Assembly (NCBI RefSeq): GCF_964204645.1
Contig: NC_134026.1
Coordinates: 457,950-521,949, forward strand
From: Tubulanus polymorphus
Lineage: Eukaryota; Animalia; Nemertea
Direction of reading: 5' to 3'
Length of the DNA stretch: 64,000 nucleotides
Shown here: positions 26,601 through 39,070 of the stretch, piece after piece
Layout: every line of letters starts with the position of its first letter
Numbering within the stretch: position 1 is the first letter of the stretch
Position numbers and translations under genes: made by a program
The notes under the pieces: generated by a model
The model's database searches: none
Seen by the model: the letters and a program-made list of their open reading frames with translations, nothing else
What the model was told of the DNA's origin: nothing

Positions 26601-27610
26601 AAAACAGCTATCCGGTTCCTGACTTAACTATCAACTAAATCGCAGTCCAGTTATTGACTAAACTAAACTATGGACTAAACCGCAGTCCAGTTATTGACTA
26701 AAATATGGACCAAACCGCAGTCCAGTTATTGACTTAACTATGGACTACATCGCAGTCCAGTTATTGACTAAATACACTATGGACTAAACAGTCCAATTAC
26801 TTGATTTATCAAACATAAATCCGGATTTTCTATGAAGTGCATTGGTCTGGAGGCCTAGACAGTTTTAACTATTTATGTTGTAACTTATCTCTATTGACTG
26901 GATACAGCATTCACATGAATAACATGAGGAATATATCACAATTTCGACGATATTTGAAACCGAAACCAGGAACCAGGAAATGAGGTTACTTCCTCAAGTT
27001 AATTCTCATCCACCAGAGCCTCTACTCACTATTCAATTCAATTCAAAATTTATTCACCATTAGATTTGTTACCAAATTCAATCGAGTTTAAGGGTGGTGA
27101 CAGAATTGCATCATTCGTCAAAATGAAAAAATTATACTCGAACAATATTGAGTAATTTGAAATAGAATAAGAGACTAGAAACATAAAATGATATGTTCAA
27201 AATAGATTTCCTAATTTTATCAGTGTGACATAAATTGAGTTTTCCAAAATTAAAAAGAGAATTGAAAGAAATTGAAATTAGATGATATTAGATTTTTTAA
27301 TTAATGATATTCGAAATAATTGAGATTTAGACAATTTGAGATTTAGGATATTTAGATAAAAAGGAGATTTAGATAAAATAATTGTGATTGTGAATTTGAG
27401 ATCAAATAATTTCGGATGTTGGAAATCAAATAATTTGAGATGTTCATCAAAAATAATCGAGAATTTGAGATACCCCAGATTGAGATTGATGAAGTAGACT
27501 TTGTACTTACTCATATCAAAAAACGCGCCGAGGGTTTCAGGGTCGAGCGTCAGCACCTCGGCGCGTACCAGCTTTAACAGTCCCGAAAAAAGGTCATATT
27601 TTGTAGACAT
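20654..27610 (-). CDS. Orphan spliced gene, predicted 340-aa protein: short helical N-terminus, then a Pro/Thr/Ser-rich disordered region with (TPASTS)n repeats and basic NLS-like clusters
   Basis: Coding exon 27610-27511 (aatATG with an upstream in-frame stop; MSTKYDLFSGLLKLVRAEVLTLDPETLGAFFDM + 1 nt; donor GTAAGT) joins in frame to exon 21576-20654 (acceptor T-rich..tttcag; phase 1). Total 1023 nt. AATAAA on - at 20451-20456. Further symmetric exons inside the 5.9-kb intron cannot be excluded. Confidence 0.7.
20925..21078. repeat. Coding 18-bp tandem repeat (agatgctggtgttgacgt x~8) encoding TPASTS
   Basis: Read directly; in frame within the orphan CDS. Confidence 0.95.
23900..24198 (+). 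mobile_element. tRNA-derived SINE, degenerate
   Basis: B-box-like ggatttgaaccc, core tgtgtccccggcaagacactt...ccacccaggagtaaatgggtacc, 3' gaagcgctctgag...ctata and a (tat/cat)n tail. Confidence 0.7.
25150..26070. repeat. 23-bp minisatellite, ~40 copies (cgatactga[c/g]taaactgtggtcc)
   Basis: gatact at 25205, 25228, ... continuous to ~26070. Confidence 0.98.
26620..26800. repeat. ~35-40-bp tandem repeat related to the 23-mer (gactaaaccgcagtccagttatt)
   Basis: About 4.5 copies; shares the gactaaac..gtcc core with the 23-mer. Confidence 0.85.
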
Positions 27611-28329
27611 ATTCAAAGTTGAAGTTCAAGTTTAAATTGTTGAACTTGTAATTGTTGTAGTTGTCGTTGTACTGCTGCTGTTACTTTTATAACTGTTGCT
27701 TTTTTAACTGCTGCTGTTGATGCTGCTGCTGCTACTGCAATGTAAAAACAATCTTATAAAAATCAAGAAAATCGAAAATTATTGATTCTAAGAAATAGCT
27801 AAATCGAGTTTCTATTAAGTAATAATAATAATTAACATTAAATTATTTTATCATTATTTTCTTAATAATAGATATAGAAGCCAGCAGGATTAAGTTGAAC
27901 GACGCTTCGAATGAAAGGTTTCTATAGATTCGAGTCATGGTTGAATAGACTGAGCTGTCTGTGTATTACACCTAGGCATGTCAACGAGCCGCTTTACCGC
28001 GTAGATTAAATGAACAGCAGAAAATTTACTCAACTTTTACAGATGCTTTAAACAATGAAATTGCATATAATTTCTTAATTATGGCTATCTATATTGAAAA
28101 TCAATGTCATGGAAATTGCGAATTCTTCAAAAATTTTAAGAGTAACACGGAAAGTGCTTTTAATAAGTAAAATAACCAAATTTACACACATTTCGCACCT
28201 ATTTTATAATTTGTCCTTTCGGAACTTATTTTCGGAAATTACCTAACGTAAATGGTACAAGAAATATTTTAGGTATAGTTATATAAATTTACTTTTAAAA
28301 CCTGATAGAAAAAATGAATCTTTGCTTAC

Positions 28330-28411
28330 CTGCAAAATGGCCGAACTGGAAGGAGGGATCAGCTGACCTGGGTTTTTATACCGACAGCGTGACGTCATTA
28401 TCCTGACCAAT
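28330..28411 (-). promoter_or_regulatory. Compact Pol II promoter plus ~18-nt non-coding first exon of the orphan gene
   Basis: On -: ATTGG (28411-28407), TGACGTCA (28397-28390), TATAAAAA (28380-28373), Inr ccAgttc (A at 28347), GCCATTTT, then donor CAG|GTAAG (exon end 28330). Next acceptor at 27736-27735. Confidence 0.7.
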
Positions 28412-29324
28412 GAAAAGTGCTGATATTCCCGCCAAGTGTAGAAAATCAAAATGTTCTGATGGGATTCGAACCCGATTAACGCCACCCAAATTATTTCGAC
28501 CAAATCGACGAATTAAATACAATTAATTATCATCATGATGTGTCCTCAGTTAACCCCACTAGCTGTATGTTTGCTCATCCGTTTGAAAAACTGTTGGCGA
28601 TGTATTCTGAAAATCGCAAACACATACAAAGTTGCATACGAAAATCTAAACTTAAAATCCTCACGGGTCTATGGTCCAGTGGTAAGTGTGCTCGTCTGAG
28701 ATCGTCTGAGATCTTTTTAATGTTTCAGATTGTATTGCGGGGATGGCTTCAGGATGGCTAGAAAATACGGATTGGACATTCTACGGGACTGTATCCATGG
28801 TGCATTCCAAAAATGCGGAGTGACGCCCTTTCTTTCTTTCTAATCTTTCTTCGTATCTTCGGCTTAATAGGCAGCCAACCAATAAGTATTCGTACTTATT
28901 GTAGGTATATGCTGAGTTGGTACTCTAAAGGTTAAAATTTTTAAACACTTTAAAAAGTTTGGTCAAAACTAAATGGCAACACTATTCAAAAGCGTGACAT
29001 TTTAACAGCAGTTTTTGGCATTCTTTCTCGATAAAGCCTAGGACATTGATCCACATAATTTCCTTGATTTTTCGGCTGCATATACCCTGCTCTCACTACT
29101 GCAGTTTTCTCTAGTTAGTGTCCTCTTCGAATTAGTTAAATGCTGTTGTTAACTAGTTAACCTATTGAGTAATATATGTCTTACGTTTTACTAAGCTCGG
29201 TGATGATAATGATTTTTAATGTCTATTTTTCGTCTGGGATAGAATTTCAATCTCGCTTGATCTATTGAAAATGCCCTCACCGAATTCGGTCTTAAGACGT
29301 CACCTGCTCACGACCTGCGAGCCT

Positions 29325-29722
29325 TCAGGTTACCCCCTGCGATACCAACGTTACCGAGGATACCTGTCTCGCGGCCTGTGAGATCCCAGCCCGCTAGGAT
29401 ACGCGCGGTGATCTCGATACTAACTCCGATACCGAGATACCGAGGATACCTGTCAGTCTCACGGCCTGTTGTGAGCCTCCAGGTTACCTGCGATACCAAC
29501 GATACCGCGGATACCTGTCTCGCGGCCTGTGAGATCCCAGCCCGCTAGGATACGCGCGGTGATCTCGATACTAACTCCGATACCGAGATACCGAGGATAC
29601 CTGTCAGTCTCACGGCCTGTTGTGAGCCTTCAGGTTACCTGCGATACCGAGGATACGTCCTGTCTCACGGCCTGTGAGCATCTGGCTACCTGCGATAACC
29701 ATGATACCGAGGATACCTTGGA
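29325..29722. repeat. GC-rich ~152-bp tandem repeat (2.5 copies) built from gataccgaggatacc subunits
   Basis: caggttacc...gcgatacc at ~29327, 29480, 29631. Confidence 0.9.
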
Positions 29723-30760
29723 GTTACCGGCGGTCCCCGAAACCTGGACGGAGCACTCCTGATGTCGTACCTTTGTGAAGCTATCGTTTTGTGGCGCCCT
29801 CTGTAGAGACACCATCTTGAATCTGTGCCTATTTACACCGGCTCATAACCGTATAAATAGTGCATTGCGATTACTCGATACGAAGTAGCAGAACCCGATC
29901 AGCATATCGAATCTTGTGACAGTTTTCGAACCCCAGCAATTATATTGAATTTACTCAATACAACAAAAATCCTCTCAACCCATAATAACTAAAGCTAAAT
30001 CAGTGTCTAAGTGATTCCGTTTATTGAGACATATAAACAGACATTGAAGTTTATAAGTAATTTAAAAAGATTCAAATTGTTTGACAATACATGCATATAA
30101 ATTAACTCAAACTACTCTGGAAAATTCCTATGTGCCTAAATAAATTAACTCAAAATACTCTGGAAAAATCCTCTGTGCCTAATAAGATATAAATTCAAAT
30201 GATCTTAAAATTTCAATCCCCATGGTCCAGTTCCACAGTCGTTGTGAGGTAAGATCTGACTCTGACTCACAACTGCCGAACTGGATCCCGAGGAGCAAAA
30301 TTCAATTTTGTAAAACAGATCAACTTGTTGTGTGATAACATATTAGTGTACGTAACCCCAATGTTTATAGTAATTCTAATGGAAGTATTCATTGTGTGAC
30401 ATTGTAAAACATTCATTTCATGATAAAACATTTGTTGTATTTCTAAGTGCATAATGATACAATTCTTTCACCAACAATAATAAATGGTATTGCTGTACTA
30501 TCTCGCTAGATTGTTGGATGATTAAAAAGATAAAATGACATCATTGAATAGTGCAGGACCCGGTTTGTCACGAGCCTCGGTTTAAATTTGAAATTTCAAA
30601 TGTTTTAACTGCAATTGTCAAATTTAAACTCAAGAATGATTGAACCGGGCCAAGAACTTTTTTGGTTAATTCCATGCGCACATTTATAGCCCATGATTGA
30701 ACAACTGTACTACAATAATCAAATACAACATCTACAATTCCTCAAGTTTATATTTCATTA

Positions 30761-33700
30761 TCACAGCTTTGCTTTCATTGATAAATCAATGAATGGTTTT
30801 GGTAACGGAAACAAGGCGTGCGTTCTTTTAAATGCCGGCACATCTTCGATCAATATCGGCTGCAAATACACAATAAAAGGACAAATCTTTCAATCAATCT
30901 GTTATAAGAGTCAAAAACAAGATAGATTTCTAGCAGAACGATTTGTTTTTAACGTATGAAATTAAAAGTTTTCACAATCTTAAAGTATGAGTTTTCTTTA
31001 TAGTTTTGAAATTACTAGTTTGTATTCAAATGAAATGGAATTAGGAAACAAAATTTTTCGAAATGAATTTTATTTTCTACCTCTTTGATTGTTGGAACAG
31101 GATTCAATTCAACTCCGTTAGTTTCGGTTTTCTCCTGACTAGTGTCGCCATTAGCTCCAGACTTCACATAAAGAGCTAGTTTTCTTCGTTTTGGTGCATT
31201 TGGTGCGATAAATTCCTATAAATAATTCATCACAAATATCAAACAAAGACCTGTGTAATTTGCTTTTAAATAGAGCTGAACTCTGCAGTTTATGGCATAA
31301 AAACGGGTTGAAACATTTTGACGGACATGTTTTTTTTAGTTTTTCCACGCTACACTTTTAAGCAGGTATCCATTTTGCACATCAATTCTAGAGTCAATTA
31401 CCTTGTAAAATTTCACAATATCATCTTTGGTCAATGTTTTTATTTGCGCTACTTCCACAGTGTCTGAAAATACAACATTTTCATCAATAAAATAGCTGCA
31501 GAAACTGAAGAAATTTAAAATTTTAAAATCAATTTCAAGACGAACCTCGTTCAAAGTTATACTGTTGACACGATATTTCAGCCCAGTATTTCGAATTCTG
31601 TTGAGAAATTTTCTTCGGTTTTTCAAGTATTTTGGTTTCTAATGCCGAGACATGTCGTTTGAAAACTTCATCCGTCATATTCTCCAAGAATGACTACAAA
31701 TCATGTAGAAAATATTGTTACGAATCAACTAAAATTGTTCACTGACAGCAATTGGTGTTTAAATGTTCATTGAAACCATTAACATTGACTATTTTTACCT
31801 CTATATAGAGAAGATATGCCTCAACTCGTTGATCAACGTAATCGGGATGTCTATCGGATTGCACTAAAACACGTAATCCTTGAACTCCATTCGTTCTGCG
31901 GATTCCACTCATGACTATATAACCTGCAAAACAATAGTTCAACACTCACGAATCACAGCGAATATTCGAGATCACTCGTGTTTACCTTTCATGGAGATCT
32001 TGAAGCACAGTTGAGCCTAGTTTACCCACAAAAGCCTCAATCTATAAATCTAGAAATAAACTTCATTCACTTGTTTCAATACATACCTAACTGTTCTTGA
32101 GTACGTAATACGTCAAACGTAGATTCATTGATCAATTGACAGAATAATTCTAACATCGTGTTTGTTTTGGTGTTTTGTACGTCATACTGATAATACAGTT
32201 CTAACCCCGAACTTTTATGGACGTCATTTTTACACTCGTATAAATAACTACCACCTAAAAAACATACCATATAATCAATCGTGAAGATACATTACGAGAA
32301 CATGTTCATTTTGAGATGTCATTCTTTGGCCAGTTGCCAACCTGTCAATCACCCGGTTATCACTGAGACAAAATTTATGGGGTTTTTTTCAATTGTTTTG
32401 AATTGAGATGCTATCACTTGCCGTAAGGTATTTCTACTTCTCTATATCTGCGTCTCTGACTCGGTAGAAGAGGTCTCGTGTTCGAACAGCGTTTTAAAGT
32501 TCCCTCGACGACGTCCTGTAATTCTAACGCTTTCTCCTTCGTGACGTTTCCGTAAATTAATCCTTCGATGAACAATCGCGATAAATATAATGGAATAAAT
32601 GCCTTCAATCTCTCCACATTCATATCTAGAAATAGATATAACAGTTAAAACCACAAGCCAATCTGGGGTGGCCACTTTTATTAGACTTGCTTTTTCCCTG
32701 ACACGCAAGGGATCATTCATTTATTACGTACGCATAAAATTTGAATTTTTCAACCCCCCTCCCCCATGAACGCGGAATGGGCCAATTTTTCATATACATT
32801 AAGCATTACAGTACACAATTGCACTGATCCCTCCCCCTCCCCTAGTGCGTACATAATAAATGAATGATCCCCAAGTTGTTTCCTCGGACTCTATCTGCTA
32901 AGAATCCAATCAATTAACACATTCAAATATGAAAGATACAGATAGAAACTGTTTGATTTTATGCGAGATCTAGCAAACTAAACAAACTCCTCTGACTTTT
33001 CCCTGTTTTTCCGGGTTAGTGGCAATTTACTGAACATTGATGATCAAAACTGATATTTTAATCCTAGAAACGAACAACATTTACCATCGAGTGCGTCTAG
33101 TAATTCTTCTTTCGTCCAGATTTGTTCCATTAAGACGACAGTAGTATAATACAACGCGTGTTGATATGGCTGCTCTGCTTTGAAATTTTTCAGCGCTCGA
33201 GAATACTGAAAATAACACAGAGAAACTACTGGGGCCGGTTGCATAGTCGTGGCTTAGACTTAAGACCAGTCTAAGACCAACTTAGTTCTATAGCTAATCT
33301 AACAACTTAAGACCAGTCTTAAGATTTAAGACCACTTTTGGACTTAAGTCACGACTGTGCAACTGGCCCCTGTTTAATAGAGAAACTTAGTCGGAGAATA
33401 TCAGCGATATAAATCGGTTACTTACAGTTTCTTTGATAATCTGAAATCGTTTAGAATCGATCTCGAAACTCGTCAATTTCTCGAGAATCTTCTTCAATAA
33501 AATGATCTGTTTGTCGTTATAACCTCGAACGCTTAACTGTAAATAAAACAAACAAAACAGATCAAATCACCTCAATCATGGCTAATTGCGACAACGACTG
33601 AAATTTGAATTGCAACAAATTGTCTTAGATGTTTCAAAAGTGCGGACTCAGAAGTCATATTCAAGAAGTTCTGAAGTTCTGGACCCAGCTCCACAGTCGT

Positions 33701-36700
33701 GAGTTAGAGTTAACTCTGAGTTAAAGTTAGTTCATTTTCAATGAGTTAACTCAGAGTCAAATCATAACTCACGACTGCGGAACTGGGCCCAATGAATGAT
33801 GATATAGATCACAGATCAGGATCCAGGTCCACAGTTGTGAGTTAGAGTTAACTCTAAGTTAAAATAAGTTCATTTTCAATGTTTTTAACTCGGGTTAAAT
33901 CTTAACTCACGACTGTTGAACTGGACCAGTATTGTAGTTGATACTAACCAATATTCCGTAAGCTGTAGTATCTAATGAATAATGTAATCCCGCTAGTGTA
34001 GCCTGATATGTGTATTCATTCAACGCATCTTTAAACAACTGAGTAAACATGAATGATAAATTCACACTGATCGGATCCATGAATGTCATCGGACTGAAAA
34101 ATATCAATTAAATCAAATATGGAAATACTCTCTCACTTCAAATACAGATAAAGTACATGTAAACTTTCGCACAATATTGAAGATTTGACGATGAAAATCT
34201 TTTTGACTAATATTTTGAGTAATCTTGATAAAATACTAAGATAAGGCTAAACAAAAATGACACCTTGTTTCTCCGCAGCGGCCGGGTCATTTTTGTACAA
34301 TATGATAAAATGTATAAACAGTTCATTTCTATAGCGGCCGGGTCTGTTATGGTAAAATTGATCACGATTTTAAAAAAAGTAATGTATAGGGTAGATAGGC
34401 GGCCGGCCGGGTCAACATTTAAGCTCAGCAGAGCGGAGAAATAAGGTATTAATTTTTTTTAGCCTTAACCACAGTAGAATGTGCATTCTATCCGAAACGT
34501 GAATTTAACAGATTTTTATCATCAAATCTTTAACACTGTTGGTGTTTGATACAGACTACGATAAGAGTTGATTGATTCTGTCTGCTCTCTCATACCTTGT
34601 TAATTCCATAGTGATGCATGATTTCGGTAATAGAAACTTGTCATCTTGTTTAAACCATAATCGACTCAGTGAAGTTTGCTACAATTTATCAGTTATAATA
34701 ACATTACACGCTTCATATCCATGTCAAATTTGCAAAAACATTACAGAGTTTGCAATGTTTGCTAAGAATAAAGCAGAATATTGAAATTAAACTCTTCGAT
34801 CTAAAACTGACCGCTTACAGAGATATTGATTTAACCCTTACCCGTACGACTATCGGCATTCCATTCACATCTTTCTCTCGTTCAACTATGTCAAAGTTTG
34901 ATGGAATGAATTCATTCCTTTCTGGAAGAGCAAGATTTGGGTGAAGACCAGCATTTGACCATCCCTGCAAAACATCAACAAATCAAATAAAAATGTTTAG
35001 TATGAATTTGGATGAGTAAATTTAGGATGAATTTAAATTAGTAAGTCTAGGATGAATTTGAATTAGTAAATTTATGATTAATTTGCTTAGACATTACACA
35101 TACATCTAACAGTTCTTGAGGAATTGGTTCCAGTTTATAGTCAGTTCCATACCACTTCTCCTTTAAGTCTGTCTGTCCTTCAAATTTCTTTCCGATTACA
35201 GCAACTCTTTAAAACATATTCAGCGTGTTTATTGGACAATTGGATTGTGAACTTTGACAGAACACCGACTGGTTAGCACTAGCCGAGTTGAGCTGGGTTG
35301 GAGTCTTACCTGATATTTTCTGGTGTTAATTTATCTAAAACCATATCGATTAACTCTGGTTTGAAGTCGTACAAAAGATACGGACCACTTATTACTTCTT
35401 CTATCGGGTAATCCTAGAGATACAATGAAACATTACATGATTTAGTGATTACAGAATGTTAAATTGAAAGAGTTGAAAATATAAACGTACATGTAATGCT
35501 GCAGCTAGACCACACGTATATGATCTCGGTTTATCTTTATCCTTAAATCTGAAAGTCATCGCATTTAGATCCTACAAAATATAAAACTTATTAATGCATT
35601 GTTAATGTTTTACAGAATAAATGCAACGAAGAATTGATTGATGAATGAATACAAACCCGACATTCTTCAAACACCCATTCCTGAGTTCCTTCTTTACGTA
35701 ACAAATTCAAATATTGAAATGTCAACGAAACTATATCATCTACATGATCTATAACAAAGAGGATATGTTCGAATAAAGTTTATTCATCAAAATCTCATCA
35801 AATACAAGAAGCGTAATTCGTTATATAATAAACACTTACTTATTCCTTCTTCAGTTAAATCGGCATTCAATACGAAAAACATGAATCCTTTAGCTCCAGT
35901 TTTCTGGCCAGCTACGATAGTATTCACCCATCCACGTAACTTCAGTTCGGATAGCATACTACCCGGGCCTTCGTGACCCAATAAATGGCCCAAATACATA
36001 TCAGGCTACGATTAAACGATGGTATTAATATTCTCACTATTCTGGTCTGAGGACTTAACTCGAGTTTAAATCTATTCATTATTCATGACAATGTAAATCT
36101 AGAGTTTATGAATATGAATTCAACTTACGCCTGATTTATAGTGCGGGTGTACATCTGGAATCGGCCAGGTTATATTCATATTTCTGACATCCTTTATCGG
36201 AACAACACTAGCTTTCAACTATAAAAACCAAATCAATTATTAAGTATAAAACTGCAGGGCCGACTGGAGACAGACACAAGTGGCCTGAAATTCAACCTCA
36301 AAAGGAAACGGTTTTGATTTTCACCTTGCACTGATCAGGACCGTACGGATGCTCTAACCATTCCGGTACTTTCACATTCTTATTCTTAACATCGGCGAAC
36401 AATTTCACGACGAGATCAGTTAATTCATCCAAACTTTCTATAAAACATGTTCAATGATAGTAAAATAGCACAAGAATTACTGACAATGAGTCTATTACTG
36501 AATAGATAGGAGTTAGTATGGTAGCGTACCTTTACCAAGAACGCATAAAGCCATCAGGTTTGAAGAGTAGTATTTATCATGGAACTTCAACAGTTCATCT
36601 CTTACGTCTAAACCTTTTTGTTTAGGAATCGTTTCCAATGTTTCCTTGTTACCTTTGTAAAACAACGGGAGAAATTTAGAGAAATCTGACGCACTGTTTC

Positions 36701-39070
36701 GAAATATATGCATCTAATCAGGGCCAGGTCCAACGCCAACGTTTAAGATCTTTGAAGGACACATTTATGGGGATTTTTTACAATTGAAAAGGCATATTTG
36801 GAGGCGTATTAGTAAAATATGTTACATTTGAAAATTTATGGATGGGATTTGACGCATTCACAGCATTTTCAAGTAGAAAAACTTTTCCTTCAATCCAACT
36901 ATACAGAGATTTATAACAATAGGGCTGCAGTAAACTCGGAGGGTCTCCCACGAAACCCCCTGAACACTGATCACTGAACTAACCAGTTCCAAATTTGCTA
37001 AAATCATGATTCGGATCAGCAGTTGATTTCTCTAGTTGGTTAAATCTCCAGCCGTCACTGGGAATATTCTTAGAATTCTCTGAATCGACGGCGTTGACTT
37101 CACGTTCAGTGGCAGACGATGTGAACAGTGGATTTAGGAAAAACTGAGAAAACCTGAAAATATGCACAACATCTCAGTGTCAATTAAATCCCCGAAAATG
37201 GTAAGTTTACTTTATTTAAAAAAATTTTTTTTTAAGATTTAGAGATTCAAGTCGGTTAAAGTTGACACAGATTTGACACAGATTTAAATTACCACTAGTT
37301 CACTTTCAATTGATAATAATTCTTGAATCAAATTCTAGCTCAAAACTGTTTAACTGGGTGCTGAATTAGGGGTTAACTCAATTCATAGACAGAGTTAAAA
37401 TTTGTCTACAGGACCCAGTTCCACAGTTGTGAGTTAAGAGTTAACACTGAGTTAAAGTTAGTTCATTTTCAATCAGTTTATTCAGAGTCAAATCTTAACT
37501 CAACTGTGGAACTGCACCCAATAGCACAGTTGTGACTTCAGTCCAAAAGAGCTCTTAAATCTGAAGATTCAAATTGTTAGATTGGCTTCAGAACTAAGTC
37601 GCTCTTAGACGTAAGCAATCACTGTCCAACTAGCCTCTGATTGCTAGTTTTACCTGTCTAATGCGTTCGCAAGTTGATCAGGAGCGACGTCGAAGTAAAA
37701 GTTAGTACTTTCAGCACTAGTAAATGCATTGCTACTACCTCCATTCTCAGAAAGAAACTACAAAAACATCATTTCAACGTTTCAATCAAAATCCATAAAA
37801 TCTAAAATCTAAATCCATAAATCCAACATCTAAAATTGTTTAACTCTAATGGATTTGATTAATTACCTTGGTGTAATCGTTTTCTCCAGGGTACTGAAAA
37901 TTTAAAAAAATCATCAAAATTAAGAAGGGACTTTATGACATAATGAATATTACATAAAATAGACTGCATGCTTGCCTCACAAGCACACAGCATACTGTAT
38001 ATATTTATTGAGTTGTGGAGGGGCTGTGTCAACCTGGTTTCAAATCATTTAATGTCGAGACAATAAATTAACAGTCATAATACATTAAGATGTAGACAGA
38101 AGTGGTTTGATCTTACACGCGACCTTAATTTTAGAAATCTCAACATATTTCCCTGATTTCTATCTACTTTACCAAATTCCCAGACTTTTTTAAAGAAAAT
38201 AAACTTCCCTGACTATCCAGGTAAGTGGCAACCCTGAGTTAATTTAATTGGGTCAATGTTTTATTGCACGTTATTTCATATGACTATATAATTTCGCATC
38301 TGGTAAGGAGCGATAAAAATAAAATCTCAATTATGAATATAAAATCAATACCTTTTCAGTACCGAGGAACAACATATGTTCACAGAAATGAGCGAGACCG
38401 GGTAAATCAAACGGATCCATCATGTGACCTATATGGACGTCCATCGCAGCTGAAGATTTATCAGTTTCTGGATCGCTGATCAACAGAACTTTCATTCCGT
38501 TAGAAAGCTCTAACCCTCGATATCCTCGCTTGTCATTCTGTGGTTTAATTATCGATTCGACCGATTTCGAAATAACTGTCGAATTACTATCTGCTGATGA
38601 AGGAGCCATTTCCAGTCTTTGTTGGCTGCAAAATCTGCACAGAAATTTAACAGAATCAAAACTTTAAAAAGGCTAGATTTTACAAATTCAGCGTTGAAAC
38701 TGAAAAAGAAGAATTTGGAGAATTTTATGGTACGAGCTGTCAATCTGCAAAACTTTCACTTGAAGTTGAATCGATTGGTGCGATTCCAGAATAGGGGACT
38801 ATAGCAATATATACGTAGTCATAGTAATCAATTAAGTAATAATATTAGTAATTGATAATGATGATATATAATGATAGTAATGTATATAGTAATTAATGAT
38901 GATTGCATTTCATTTTATTTTTGGGACAGTAGAAAATCGATATCGGAACAGAAATAACTGGCCAGCACTAACCTGACACCGGTCGCAATAAAATGTGATC
39001 TTATTATGTTTTTACTGTAGATCTTTGTCACAATTTGTCGAAAAGAAACTAATTTCATAACCGAAAACAT
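30761..39070 (-). CDS. IDE: Insulin-degrading enzyme (insulysin, peptidase M16A), ~25 exons
   Basis: Inverted zinc motif [13 protein letters not shown]; [10 protein letters not shown]; [10 protein letters not shown]; [11 protein letters not shown]; C-terminal SMKAKL*. Exons include 39070-38973, 38634-38352, 37893-37867, 37757-37654, 37153-36984, 36652-36530 ... 30859-30761. Downstream Met at 38609. Confidence 0.96.
32709..32871. mobile_element. PIF/Harbinger-like MITE with 3-bp TSD (CAA)
   Basis: TIR gggatcattcatttattacgtacgca / tgcgtacataataaatgaatgatccc, flanked by caa on both sides. Confidence 0.85.
33232..33369. mobile_element. Harbinger-like MITE with CTG TSD
   Basis: ctg|gggccggttgcatagtcgtggcttag...ttaagtcacgactgtgcaactggccc|ctg; related copies at ~37520-37640 and ~62343-62450. 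Confidence 0.85.
33681..33928. mobile_element. Two adjacent copies of a ~110-bp palindromic MITE family (TIR ggacccagttccacag)
   Basis: Copies at 33681-33790 and 33819-33928. Same family at ~16889-16961, 30223-30290, 37411-37520, 49410-50024, 58590-58690, 60387-60490. Confidence 0.85.
34245..34464. mobile_element. MITE with GGCTA..TAGCC termini in a (T)TAA context (Kolobok-like)
   Basis: taaggctaaacaaaaat..accttgtttctccgc versus gcggagaaataaggt..ttttttttagccttaa. Confidence 0.75.
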
